Assembly: GCA_021794075.1 (NCBI GenBank)
Contig: JAJYRM010000004.1
Location: 8,838 to 72,837, forward strand
DNA from: Bacteroidota bacterium
GTDB lineage: Bacteria > Bacteroidota > Ignavibacteria > Kryptoniales > JAKASW01
Direction: 5' to 3'
Length of the DNA stretch: 64,000 nucleotides
Shown here: piece after piece, positions 1 through 9,612 of the stretch
Position numbering within the stretch: the first letter of the stretch is position 1
Layout: every line of letters begins with the position of its first letter
Notes under the pieces: generated by a model
What the model was told of the DNA's origin: nothing
Seen by the model: the letters and a program-made list of their open reading frames with translations, nothing else
Databases searched by the model: none
Made by a program: the position numbers and the translations under genes

Positions 1-55
1 TACTCTCCTATTAACCCTCAGCAGAATTCCAAAACGTGATTTTCACAGCATAACC

Positions 56-1888
56 TCACTCCACCGTGACACTCTTCGCGAGGTTTCTCGGTTTGTCAAC
101 GTCACACCCTCGAAGAAGAGCGATATGATACGCGAGCAATTGAAGAGGGATGACGGAAAGGACGGGGTTAAGCGAATCGATCGTCTTGGGAATCGGGATT
201 ATGTATTCCGCCATCTTGTTAACGCGAGGGTCATCGTGGTCTACTATCGCGATGACTCTTCCCCCTCGTGCTTTTATTTCCTCCATATTGCCGACTACTT
301 TTCCATAGGTCTCGTCGCGCGGCGCAAGGAATACTACCGGCATTTCACTGTCAACTAGAGCGATCGGCCCATGTTTCATTTCGGCCGCGGGATATCCCTC
401 GGCATGTATGTACGAAATCTCCTTCAACTTTAACGCGCCTTCAAGCGCAACAGGGAAGTTGTATCCCCTTCCCAGGTAAAGAAAATTCCTCGACTCATAA
501 AAAGCTTCCGCAACCTCCCTGATGAAAGGATCAAGCTGCAATGCCTCCGACATAAGCCCCGGCAATTTTCGCAGCTCTGCGGAGATGGTTTTCAGATCCT
601 CGGATTCGGGGTTAAGGCCGCGTGTGACCGCGATCGTTAGCATACTAAGCGCCACAAGTTGGCACGTGAATGCCTTCGTGGAAGCGACTCCGATCTCAGG
701 GCCCGCGTGAATATAAATGCCCGCCTTGCTTTCGCGGGCGATGCTGCTTCCGACGACATTGCAAACCGCGAGGCAGGTGGCACCCTTCGCATTAGCCATC
801 CGAAGCGCGGCAAGAGTATCCGCCGTCTCGCCGCTCTGAGAAATCGCCACCACCACATCGCTATTGTCGACGACAGGGTCGCGATATCTGAATTCGGACG
901 CGTACTCGACTTCAACCGGAATTTTCGCGTATCTCTCAAGGAGGTATTTGCCGTAAAGGGCTGAGTGCCAAGACGTTCCGCATCCCGTGAGTATTATTCT
1001 CCTCGCCGACAATATTTTCGGCATGAGGTTCAGAAGTCCGCCCAATTTAACGCTGTCGTCATCGGTAGAGATTCTTCCTCGCATTACGTTTCCTAATGCT
1101 TCAGGCTGTTCGAAAATCTCCTTCTGCATGAAATGTTCGTAATTGCCTTTCCGTATATCGTCGGACACGAGAGTCAGCTGCTCCGACTGGCGGACTACCT
1201 CACGGTTCTCAAGGGTTCTGAGATCAATCCCCTCTTTCGAGATAAAAGCGATCTCTCCGTCAGAGAGGTGTATCACTTCCGAAGAGTAAGGAACAAGCGC
1301 CGCCTGATCTGATCCCACCATAAACTGCCCGTCTCCTATGCCGATCAGGAGCGGGCTTCCGTTTCTGGCGGCGACCAGACATCCCGGCGTTCCTGAATGT
1401 AAAATCGCCAGCCCGTAGGTTCCTTCCAGCTCGCCGAGCGCGGCAAGTACTGCCGCATCAATCGAGGCTTTTGTCTTCAGCTTCTCCTCGATGAGGTGGG
1501 ATATAACCTCCGAATCGGTCTCCGACGCGAACGTGTGTCCCTCTTCGACGAGTCGCTCCCGAAGGGAATAGTAGTTTTCGATTATCCCGTTGTGGACAAC
1601 CGCCACAGTTCCCGTGCAATCGAGATGCGGGTGTGCGTTGGAAACAGAAGGGACACCATGAGTCGCCCACCGCGTGTGAGCTATCCCAATATTCGAAGCC
1701 GGAAGCTTGCTTGCCGCCAACCTCGCGAGTCCGTCCACCTTCCCGGGACACTTTACGTCGTATATTTTCGAATCGCTAACTACAGCGACACCGGCCGAGT
1801 CATATCCGCGATACTCAAGATTGTAGAGTCCATTGACGAGAATCGGTATCGCCACCCTCTTACCTATGTAACCGACAATTCCACACAT
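56..1888 (-). CDS. glmS: Glutamine--fructose-6-phosphate aminotransferase (GlmS), canonical copy
   Basis: 610 aa. N-terminal MCGIVGYIG (Cys1 Ntn glutaminase) and HTRWATHG. Two SIS domains (CGTSWHSA, SQSGETADTL, VASTKAFT). Isomerase residues intact (ALKLKEIS, EMKHGP, C-terminal NLAKSVTVE stop). Confidence 0.95.
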   Translation of the reverse strand: MCGIVGYIGKRVAIPILVNGLYNLEYRGYDSAGVAVVSDSKIYDVKCPGKVDGLARLAASKLPASNIGIAHTRWATHGVPSVSNAHPHLDCTGTVAVVHNGIIENYYSLRERLVEEGHTFASETDSEVISHLIEEKLKTKASIDAAVLAALGELEGTYGLAILHSGTPGCLVAARNGSPLLIGIGDGQFMVGSDQAALVPYSSEVIHLSDGEIAFISKEGIDLRTLENREVVRQSEQLTLVSDDIRKGNYEHFMQKEIFEQPEALGNVMRGRISTDDDSVKLGGLLNLMPKILSARRIILTGCGTSWHSALYGKYLLERYAKIPVEVEYASEFRYRDPVVDNSDVVVAISQSGETADTLAALRMANAKGATCLAVCNVVGSSIARESKAGIYIHAGPEIGVASTKAFTCQLVALSMLTIAVTRGLNPESEDLKTISAELRKLPGLMSEALQLDPFIREVAEAFYESRNFLYLGRGYNFPVALEGALKLKEISYIHAEGYPAAEMKHGPIALVDSEMPVVFLAPRDETYGKVVGNMEEIKARGGRVIAIVDHDDPRVNKMAEYIIPIPKTIDSLNPVLSVIPLQLLAYHIALLRGCDVDKPRNLAKSVTVE

Positions 1889-1938
1889 AATAAACTATCC
1901 TCATTTTAATTTTGAGAAAACGTTAAGCTCCTTCTCAA

Positions 1939-2487
1939 CTACGGTCTACCTGGAGGAGCTGGAAAAGGTGAAGCCTGCGGAACGCCGGAATGCGCCCCAG
2001 TCAGGACGAAATAGGCTGCCGCCGCCGCGACAACCGCGACACCGGTACCCACTAGCGTAAGAAGCCCGACGCCGCCCTTCGGATTTACTTCGTTTGCCTT
2101 GACCACAAAATAGAAATCCGATCCAGGGAGACCTCCCGGAAGATCATTGTTGATCTCCCAGACAATTCTCCGACCAGTGCCCGCGAATTTTCCTACTCCT
2201 ACATCTCCGTGAATCGTCTTTGGGATGAATCTGAAATTCGGGTCGTCCCGTTTCCTCAATTCGACGCGCACCTTGTAAGTCTGGTCCGGTTTGCCCAGAA
2301 GGTTGTAACTTATATGCACTTCTCCGCCCTCCACCCCGAACCGGACATCGGTTACCTTAGTGTTCATTCGAAGGCTCGAAGCAACGGCACTCGAGGACAT
2401 TAATAACAGGACAATAGAGGCGCCCACTGCCAGAAGCACTGACTTAAGAAATCTGCCGCTCATCCGTATTGCCATTTTAGTTCTCAT
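1939..2487 (-). CDS. Hypothetical secreted/membrane-anchored protein
   Basis: 182 aa. N-terminal signal/anchor (LLAVGASIVLLLMSSSAVA), C-terminal TM (LLTLVGTGVAVVAAAAAYFVL) and Pro-rich tail. No family recognised. Packed between the FN3-repeat gene and glmS on the same strand. Confidence 0.5.
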   Translation of the reverse strand: MRTKMAIRMSGRFLKSVLLAVGASIVLLLMSSSAVASSLRMNTKVTDVRFGVEGGEVHISYNLLGKPDQTYKVRVELRKRDDPNFRFIPKTIHGDVGVGKFAGTGRRIVWEINNDLPGGLPGSDFYFVVKANEVNPKGGVGLLTLVGTGVAVVAAAAAYFVLTGAHSGVPQASPFPAPPGRP

Positions 2488-2498
2488 ACTTTCCTCTC

Positions 2499-5400
2499 TT
2501 ACTTAAGCAACACCATCTTGTGTACCACGCTCGCTCCGGCACTCGTGGTAGCACGGTAGAAGTAAACTCCGCTCGGAAGTTCCTGGCCATGCTCGTCACG
2601 ACCGTCCCACAGAAAGGAGTGGTTGCCGGCTTTCAAACTGCCGTCGAAGACCCTCGCCACTTCCTGCCCGATCACATTGAACACCGTAATCTCGACGTGG
2701 GCATCGCCAGACATGTATAACGGTATCATGGTTGATGGATTGAATGGGTTTGGATAATTTTGTCCAAGATAGAATGTCGACGGCCCATTCTGCCTGATTT
2801 TATCCTTTATTAACGAACCCTTGCCGACCAGTATATTGAAAGTCGTCGTCTTCGATACCGGAGTAAATGCCAGTTCCGGTGCCCTCCTAAGATTCGACCA
2901 GCTCTTCGAAACCGGATTGAACAGATAAACATCGAACCAGGACGGCACTCTATCGAGCCCTGAGAACCTGAGCTTTGCATTCATGAACGGAGCCGAATCG
3001 ACCGTCAACGCCCACTGGGATATATCGGTAAAATCGGGATGTATGTCGCTGGCATAATTGCTGTATTGCCTGTTCCAGTCCGGATGATGGAAATAAGTAG
3101 CCGGGACGTTGCCAATAGCTGTCGGCTTATGCACGTCGAGCGGGTTATGATCGCTTTGGACCGACGATGACACGCCGATCCAAGCCGCATCATCCGTTAC
3201 TTTGCCGGAGGTAAGCGATATGTTTACTGTCCAACCCGCAGACGCAAGCTGGTTCTCCCATAGTTCAGTTGAAGATGTGGCAGTCTGGCTACCCGGAGAG
3301 GGAATGCTCAGACGCCGCAAGCCGGTGGAATTGAAGAAGTAATATCCTTCCCCCGGCTGCAGCTCGGGAGAAATCTGGAATGCCCCATTGAAGCCATAGA
3401 GTGGTTCAGCGGTTGAATTCGCGACCTGAACGGCTCCCCAGGCCACTGAATCAGGCAACGGATCTGTAATTAGATTCCATCCGGCATGCAACGGAATATA
3501 AACCGACCCACTCGAATCCAGTGGAGCCGCCGCTACGCTGGTATCGACGACCAGAGGGCCGACGTTAATTATCCAGAACGCACGCCCGAGATAGAAATGG
3601 AACATGGAATCATCATTGGCCTGATTGAATTTCACGAAATAGTTCGACGGGTCTCCGTTGTCCCAGTAAGCTTCCCACGATACCCCCGGCGTGCCGCGAA
3701 GGACCGAAGTCACAGACAGGTTGCTGGCACCCGGCAAGCCGACCAATCTGTAGTCCAGGGCGGAGAAGCCGGAGGTATCGGAAGACTTTGGGAAGCCGAC
3801 ATCAACCGCCACGCCGACTCGGCCGGGCGAGACTTCCCGCACCGTGGAAAATTCCCAGGCGCCGCTGAAAGCGGTCCAGGTTCCGGAGTCCAGCTTCGCC
3901 CTCACGTGCCAGTAATACGAAGTTGCGGTGGCCAAAGAATCTATTGTTAAAGAAGTGGATGTAACCGTGGAATCGTTTGTGACAAACGTACTGAATGAGG
4001 AATCTAGCGCGACCTGGACATTGAACTGCGTCGCCCCTTGGATATTATTCCATGATAGGACGACGGAAGTCGGGAGACCGGTTGTCCCGTTGGCAGGGAC
4101 AGACAATGTCGGTCCGGACTTTTGCGCGCCAGAAGTTGTGAAGCTCCAAACCTGAGACCACTGACTCGGACCGACGGTGTCTAGCGCGTCTACCCTCCAC
4201 CAGTAAGTGACTCCAGCGGAGAGAGCGATTGTATTAACATATGATTTGGCAAGAGTCGTGTCCATCAGGATGGAAGAGGCAAGACTGCTGCTGGTTGAGA
4301 CTTCTACCCTGTATTCCTGCGCGTTGTCCGATGTTTTCCAGGTGAGGGTTTCTATTAAAGGCTGGTTGGTCGCGCCGTTCGCAGGCGACACGAGTACCGG
4401 CGTCGAAGGGACTGTGCTTGGAATCAAAGTCGTGAATTCCCATTTTGAAGACCACGCGCCCACGCCAAATGAGTTCACCGCCCTTACCTTCCAGTAGTAG
4501 TGAGTCCCCGAGTTAAGTGAGTTAACAACCAGGTAGTCGGCCGCTGAGGTAGAGTCCTGTACCACGTTCGAATCCAGAGAAGGATAGGTCGAAAAGGCGA
4601 CCTCGTAAGAGTTGGCGTGTGTTGAAGGGGCCCACCTCAAAGTGTCGTTGACAGGCTGGTTAGTGGCGCCGTTCGCCGGATACATGAGTGTTGGCGTGGC
4701 GGGCGGCGCGCCGGTTGTGAAAGTCCACGGCGACGACCAGCCGCTGACACCGGCGGTGTTGACCGCCTCCACCCGCCAGAAATATGTTGAGCCCGATGAA
4801 AGACCTGAGAGAATAAAAGAAGTCCCGCTCAGATCCGAATCATCCGCCACGAATGAAAGGAAGTCGGACGACAAGGCTACCTGAAGCCGGTAGTACTCGG
4901 CATTCCGGGATGGATTCCAGGTCAAAGTATCTGTCGTCCGCGTACTCGTCGCCCCGTTTGGAGGCGAAACCAGTTCCGGCACTGAAGGCGCCACGACTTG
5001 GCTCTTCGTTGTGAAGGTCAATGTGCCAGACCAGGAGCCGGTACCTGCGCTGCTCTTCGCCGCAACGCGCCAGAAGTACTCGTTTCCGGGAGCAAGCGTG
5101 GTTACATAGAGAGAAGTGTCGGTAAGCGAGCTGTCGTTGATTGTAAGAGTTGAGAATGAGCTGGATAGCGCGACCTGCAAATCATATTCTGACGCACCTG
5201 AAGCCGAGCGCCAAACGAAAGTCAGCGAGTCGCCTAGATTAGTCGCTCCGTTAGAAGGTGAAAGCGGCTGCGGCGCGGAAGGAAGCGCTGCGGTAGAAGT
5301 CGCGAAAGTCCAGGTACTCGACCACGAGCTTTGGCCGCCTGTGTTCGATGCGCTAACGTGCCAGTAGTATTCCGTGTTTTGCGAAAGTCCGCTTACCTCC

Positions 5401-6572
5401 GTTGATGTTCCGATGAGAGTATAATTGGAGTACACAATGTTGGAAAAAGTCAGATCCGTCGCGACCTGAATGTTATAATGCCCGCTATTGGAGACGGCGT
5501 TCCAGGTTAGCGTCAGCGTAGTCGGCTGGCCAGACGCGCCGTCAGAAGGTGAAGCCAATGTAGGGGCTGAGGAAGGCTGTACCTGCGCGGTAGCAGTCGT
5601 GAAGCTCCATACTGATGACCAGCTGCTTGATCCGGCCTGGTCCATCGCCTTGACACGCCAATAATACGTGGTAGAGGTTGATAAGTAATTGACCTGCTCC
5701 GAAGTGGATGTGATTGTCGAATCTCCGTACACTATCGAGGTAAAAGACTGGTCCGTCGCCACCTGGAGCCAGTATTTTGTGGCTCCCGATGACGCGCTCC
5801 AACTCAACACGATCGAAGTCGGTTCGCCGGTGGAGCCGTTGGAGGGCGATGCGAGCGAAGGGCTACCAGGCGGCGCCGATGTGGTTTGCGTGGCGAAACT
5901 CCAAACGGTTGACCATGAACTTGCGCCAGTGCTATTCACAGCTTGTACGCGCCAATAGTACGTCGTCCCACCGGATAGTCCGCTCACTTGTTGCGAAGTG
6001 CCGCCGATGCCGGTATTGCTCACGACGATACTTGAGAATGTGTTGTCCGTCGCGACCTCGATATTATAAGAGGCGGCTCCGGACGAGGCGTTCCAGCTCA
6101 GCGTCGGAGTCGTCGATAGCCCTGTGCTGCCGTCCGTCGGCGAGGCGAGCGACGGCGCTGACGGTGAAGGAGTTCCCGATGCAGTTGAAAAGCTCCAGGT
6201 CGACGACCAGCTACTGGTTAGGAGCAGCGTCGACGCCCTCACGCGCCAGTAGTACGTTGTTCCCTGCGACAGACCTGACGCTGTGTACGAAGTGCCCGAC
6301 TGCGTCTGATCTACAACCACATTGCTGAATGAGTTATCTGTCGCGACCTGTAATTCATAGGAGGTGGCCAGTGAGACGCCGCCCCATGATATCGTAACCG
6401 AAGTTGATTGACCGGTCGCGCCGTCGGCTGGAGAAGCCGGCGAAGGCGCCCCAACCTGTGCTGACGCCGGGACACTCCATGCCAGGAGCAACGCGACTGT
6501 GATTGCCCGCAGGGCAAATGGAACGATATGTCCTGCTTCATCAACCTGTTTATGTAAATGGCCTCTAGACAT
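2499..6572 (-). CDS. Giant T9SS-secreted surface protein with nine tandem FN3-like modules
   Basis: 1357 aa. Signal peptide (..LLLAWSVPASA). Nine modules of about 96 aa, each ending in a ..T(Y/E)YYWRV..A.....S.WS..W.FTT signature. About 370 aa of non-repeat region, then a Por/T9SS C-terminal sorting domain (QNYPNPFNPST...VVHKMVLLK). Confidence 0.85.
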   Translation of the reverse strand: MSRGHLHKQVDEAGHIVPFALRAITVALLLAWSVPASAQVGAPSPASPADGATGQSTSVTISWGGVSLATSYELQVATDNSFSNVVVDQTQSGTSYTASGLSQGTTYYWRVRASTLLLTSSWSSTWSFSTASGTPSPSAPSLASPTDGSTGLSTTPTLSWNASSGAASYNIEVATDNTFSSIVVSNTGIGGTSQQVSGLSGGTTYYWRVQAVNSTGASSWSTVWSFATQTTSAPPGSPSLASPSNGSTGEPTSIVLSWSASSGATKYWLQVATDQSFTSIVYGDSTITSTSEQVNYLSTSTTYYWRVKAMDQAGSSSWSSVWSFTTATAQVQPSSAPTLASPSDGASGQPTTLTLTWNAVSNSGHYNIQVATDLTFSNIVYSNYTLIGTSTEVSGLSQNTEYYWHVSASNTGGQSSWSSTWTFATSTAALPSAPQPLSPSNGATNLGDSLTFVWRSASGASEYDLQVALSSSFSTLTINDSSLTDTSLYVTTLAPGNEYFWRVAAKSSAGTGSWSGTLTFTTKSQVVAPSVPELVSPPNGATSTRTTDTLTWNPSRNAEYYRLQVALSSDFLSFVADDSDLSGTSFILSGLSSGSTYFWRVEAVNTAGVSGWSSPWTFTTGAPPATPTLMYPANGATNQPVNDTLRWAPSTHANSYEVAFSTYPSLDSNVVQDSTSAADYLVVNSLNSGTHYYWKVRAVNSFGVGAWSSKWEFTTLIPSTVPSTPVLVSPANGATNQPLIETLTWKTSDNAQEYRVEVSTSSSLASSILMDTTLAKSYVNTIALSAGVTYWWRVDALDTVGPSQWSQVWSFTTSGAQKSGPTLSVPANGTTGLPTSVVLSWNNIQGATQFNVQVALDSSFSTFVTNDSTVTSTSLTIDSLATATSYYWHVRAKLDSGTWTAFSGAWEFSTVREVSPGRVGVAVDVGFPKSSDTSGFSALDYRLVGLPGASNLSVTSVLRGTPGVSWEAYWDNGDPSNYFVKFNQANDDSMFHFYLGRAFWIINVGPLVVDTSVAAAPLDSSGSVYIPLHAGWNLITDPLPDSVAWGAVQVANSTAEPLYGFNGAFQISPELQPGEGYYFFNSTGLRRLSIPSPGSQTATSSTELWENQLASAGWTVNISLTSGKVTDDAAWIGVSSSVQSDHNPLDVHKPTAIGNVPATYFHHPDWNRQYSNYASDIHPDFTDISQWALTVDSAPFMNAKLRFSGLDRVPSWFDVYLFNPVSKSWSNLRRAPELAFTPVSKTTTFNILVGKGSLIKDKIRQNGPSTFYLGQNYPNPFNPSTMIPLYMSGDAHVEITVFNVIGQEVARVFDGSLKAGNHSFLWDGRDEHGQELPSGVYFYRATTSAGASVVHKMVLLK
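3840..6446 (-). repeat. Nine tandem coding repeats (about 290 nt / 96 aa) inside the FN3-like giant gene
   Basis: Protein residues about 43-911 repeat the pattern SP.(N/D)G(A/S)T......L.W......A..Y..QVA.D..FS......D......T......L...T.YYWRV.A......S.WS..W.FTT. Copies are diverged, not identical at DNA level. Confidence 0.8.
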
Positions 6573-6590
6573 TTTAGTCCTTCTCTATCT

Positions 6591-8549
6591 CTAAGCAGCT
6601 TTTGGAGTTAGACTTCCAGTTTTCGGCTTCCTTACTTCGCTGCGTATCTCTTCGTCCGAGTAAACGTCCACCGGTTCGAATCTCATCGCTGAGATCTTGA
6701 TGGGAACGTTGTGCCGGTCGGCGATTTTCTTAATGCGCTGAAAGACTTCCGAATCTATGTTTGGTTTCGCGAGGACTATCTCGCCGATATTCATCTTGTT
6801 CATCAGTCCTTCTAATTTCCAATGTCCTCCGAATACCGGATAGCCGTCAAGGTACTTCCCTTCCATCCGCGGGTCGTCATCGAGAAATCCCACAGGCACA
6901 AAAGACGACAAGCCGTGCTCGTCTTGCTGCTCACCCGCGAGAAGAGACTGCAACGCGATCAGTCCTTTTCCGTCGGCGCCATAGATGAGCGCCTTCTTCC
7001 CACCATCTACCACCTCGCGCCCAAACACATAGCTCAGGGCTCGGAAAGCCACCCTTGATCCGATCACCAGGGTCGAGAGGAAATAAAAATCAAGTATGGT
7101 GAACATGCCGACATTCGATCCGTTACGCACGACAGGAAGAATCAACAACGCGAAAGCCGCTATTGCGGCCCCACCAAGTGCGGCCTTCAACATTTGCAGG
7201 AAGTCGCCCAGCCCCATCAGAGTGATCGACCTTCTGTAAACGCCGCCCACAAGGAAAGCAAGAAGCTGGACCAAACAGACCGCTATCATGTAAAACGCCC
7301 AGATTCTCCAGCCGACGACATCAAAGCCCGCATGCGAGCTAAACGTCCACGCGAGGAAGAAAGAAATGAAAACCGCCGCCACATCCATGAGGACCAGCGA
7401 GATCACATGTTTCATAAATGCCTTCTTGTATATCCGAAGAAGGATTCCGTTCCTCAGCAGGGCCATTTCCCGATAACCAAGTTTCCGAACTGCCACAAAC
7501 GCCAGGACCCCAACGGCGCCAAGTATCAACGAGGCGTTAAGGCTACCCGCGGTAACCAAAAACGCGCAGATCCCGAACGCGCACGAGACCACATATAAAA
7601 CGAACACCGCGTCCCTTTGAGTCAATCCATGAGCAAGAAGCTGATGATGGATGTGCCTGCGATCGGGAAGGAACATCGAGTGCAACTTCTTAAGCGTCGT
7701 TGCCGGCAGGGACTGGCCCGGTAGAAAAGACCTGAGAATTCTCCTGAGCATGGCGAGTGACGTATCCATCACCGGAACGCCGAGCGCGAGGATAGGAACG
7801 ATCATTGAAAAGGCAGTCGTTCCTTTCGTAGAACTATTTATTGAAAGCACGGCAAGCATGAATCCGACGAAAAGACTCCCCGAATCACCCCAGAAGACCT
7901 TTGCCGGATTGAAATTATAGCGGAGAAATCCCAGGACGGCGCCTACAAGTATTGCCGCCACCTCAGCGGTTGTCTGATCACCATGAAGGAACGCGATTGC
8001 GCCTATCGTCAGGCCTGCAATTGCGGATATGCCAGCCGCTAGTCCATCGAGTCCATCGATCAGATTGAACGCGTTTGTAATTCCAACGACCCAGATAACC
8101 GTGATCGGCAGAGAGAACAATCCGAGTGAAAGTACCCCGCCGGTGAACGGATTTGTGACCGAGCTGATCTTGAAACCTGCGACATAAACGAGAGTACCCG
8201 CGAGAAATTGGACGAGGAATTTTTGTCCGGGCTTTAGTGTCCACAAGTCGTCGCAAGCGCCGAGGATCAGTATCGTCACGAGAGAAAAGGAAAGCCCCAG
8301 CCAGCTGAATTTCGTGAAGAAGGATCCCAACCCTGAGCCGGGCACAAAGAAATGTATGATCATAAGAGTGATCACGAAACTTCCGAATGTGGCCAGACCA
8401 CCGAGTCTCGGCGTCGGGTGTTTGTGAATCTTCCGTTCATCAGGTTTGTCGACGGCTCCAAGCTTGTAGGCAAGCTTTATTACCGGTGGAGTCAGCAACA
8501 ATGAAAAGCATACCGACACGGCGGCAGAGAATACCAGAATTTCTACCAT
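6591..8549 (-). CDS. Polyprenyl-phosphate HexNAc-1-phosphate transferase (WecA/MraY family) fused to an extra TM block and a WbaP-type Rossmann (CoA-binding-like) domain
   Basis: Motifs GACDD, NAFNLIDGLDGLAAG and HIHHQL. C-terminal half has 4 more TM helices, then KALIYGADGKG...VGFLDDDP...YPVFGG. Start set at ATG 8549 (MVEILVF) with AAGGAGG 5 nt upstream; the ORF stays open to 8606. Confidence 0.85.
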   Translation of the reverse strand: MVEILVFSAAVSVCFSLLLTPPVIKLAYKLGAVDKPDERKIHKHPTPRLGGLATFGSFVITLMIIHFFVPGSGLGSFFTKFSWLGLSFSLVTILILGACDDLWTLKPGQKFLVQFLAGTLVYVAGFKISSVTNPFTGGVLSLGLFSLPITVIWVVGITNAFNLIDGLDGLAAGISAIAGLTIGAIAFLHGDQTTAEVAAILVGAVLGFLRYNFNPAKVFWGDSGSLFVGFMLAVLSINSSTKGTTAFSMIVPILALGVPVMDTSLAMLRRILRSFLPGQSLPATTLKKLHSMFLPDRRHIHHQLLAHGLTQRDAVFVLYVVSCAFGICAFLVTAGSLNASLILGAVGVLAFVAVRKLGYREMALLRNGILLRIYKKAFMKHVISLVLMDVAAVFISFFLAWTFSSHAGFDVVGWRIWAFYMIAVCLVQLLAFLVGGVYRRSITLMGLGDFLQMLKAALGGAAIAAFALLILPVVRNGSNVGMFTILDFYFLSTLVIGSRVAFRALSYVFGREVVDGGKKALIYGADGKGLIALQSLLAGEQQDEHGLSSFVPVGFLDDDPRMEGKYLDGYPVFGGHWKLEGLMNKMNIGEIVLAKPNIDSEVFQRIKKIADRHNVPIKISAMRFEPVDVYSDEEIRSEVRKPKTGSLTPKAA

Positions 8550-8673
8550 AACATCCTCCTTGAATCTGAATATGAGTTTAATCTCGACATCGATCCCGCC
8601 TCGCAACTAGGCGCAAAATCAAATTCCGATTTAGCATTTGCGCATTTTTCTTCGCGGCATGAACTGTTCATTT

Positions 8674-9597
8674 TTACATTGCCATCGAAATCGAAAACTG
8701 TTGAATTAACGTCTTTGTACCCATTTCCGGGTAAACTGCGTATTGCAGTCCGAAAAATCCCTCCTTGATGCCGAGTCCGTACCGGGCAGCGGAAACCCCG
8801 GGACCGGACAAATACCCAACCCGGAGCTCGAGGAATTGTAACGGGCGAATTTCTATCCCTCCCATATAGTAGAGCCCTGTTATGCCGGCTATCTTCTCAT
8901 TCGCCAGTGACATTATGAAAAAGGGAGGCCTCAACGAAGCCTTTGACGGAAAAGTCATCGTCGCACCGATCTCAACAAATGTCGAAGTAGGCCTGCTTGC
9001 GGTTGTCATACCGATACCCATGGCATCCGGGAAAAAGGTCACATCGCGCCCGAGCCCTCCCCAAACAAAACTATAGCTTATGTCCGGAGTGGGCGCATAG
9101 TCCGCTCCCAAAGCGAAATAGGACCCCCAGGCCTGTGTTCCGTCGCCGGCTGTACCATGACGCAACGAAGCCGCCCCTCCAACGCTTAGGGTCGGCGTAA
9201 CGTCACCGGCAAACGCCAGATCGTATCCATACTCGAAAAATCGCTGGTCCGACGGGGCCGGGTTTCGAAAATAGCCGAAATGGTAGGCGTCAAGGCCCAG
9301 AGCAATCGACACAGGGCTTCTCAATACGACAGGGACGGTCAGGTTCTCCCTCATTCCAGAAGAACTATTTGCCTGTGAGTGGTTGAGGAGAATTGAGCCG
9401 TTGTCAAGGTACGCCAACGCGGCGGGGTTTTCGTACATCACGCTGGCATCGGATGACTCCGATATGTTAGCGTTTGCCATCGACGCATTTCGCGCTCCGA
9501 CTGAAGAACTAAGGACGCTCTCCTGTCCGTACGCGCTTCCTATCAGTAACAGAATCGCCGATGCCATTTGAATAACACTGAAAAGTAGAGTCTTCAT
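8674..9597 (-). CDS. Putative outer-membrane beta-barrel protein (unknown family)
   Basis: 307 aa. Clean signal peptide (MKTLLFSVIQMASAILLLIGSAYGQ). Alternating hydrophobic/Gly-Tyr-rich strands throughout. Sits between the Wza-like and WecA-like genes. Confidence 0.5.
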   Translation of the reverse strand: MKTLLFSVIQMASAILLLIGSAYGQESVLSSSVGARNASMANANISESSDASVMYENPAALAYLDNGSILLNHSQANSSSGMRENLTVPVVLRSPVSIALGLDAYHFGYFRNPAPSDQRFFEYGYDLAFAGDVTPTLSVGGAASLRHGTAGDGTQAWGSYFALGADYAPTPDISYSFVWGGLGRDVTFFPDAMGIGMTTASRPTSTFVEIGATMTFPSKASLRPPFFIMSLANEKIAGITGLYYMGGIEIRPLQFLELRVGYLSGPGVSAARYGLGIKEGFFGLQYAVYPEMGTKTLIQQFSISMAM

Positions 9598-9612
9598 TTC
9601 AACCGTCTTCCG

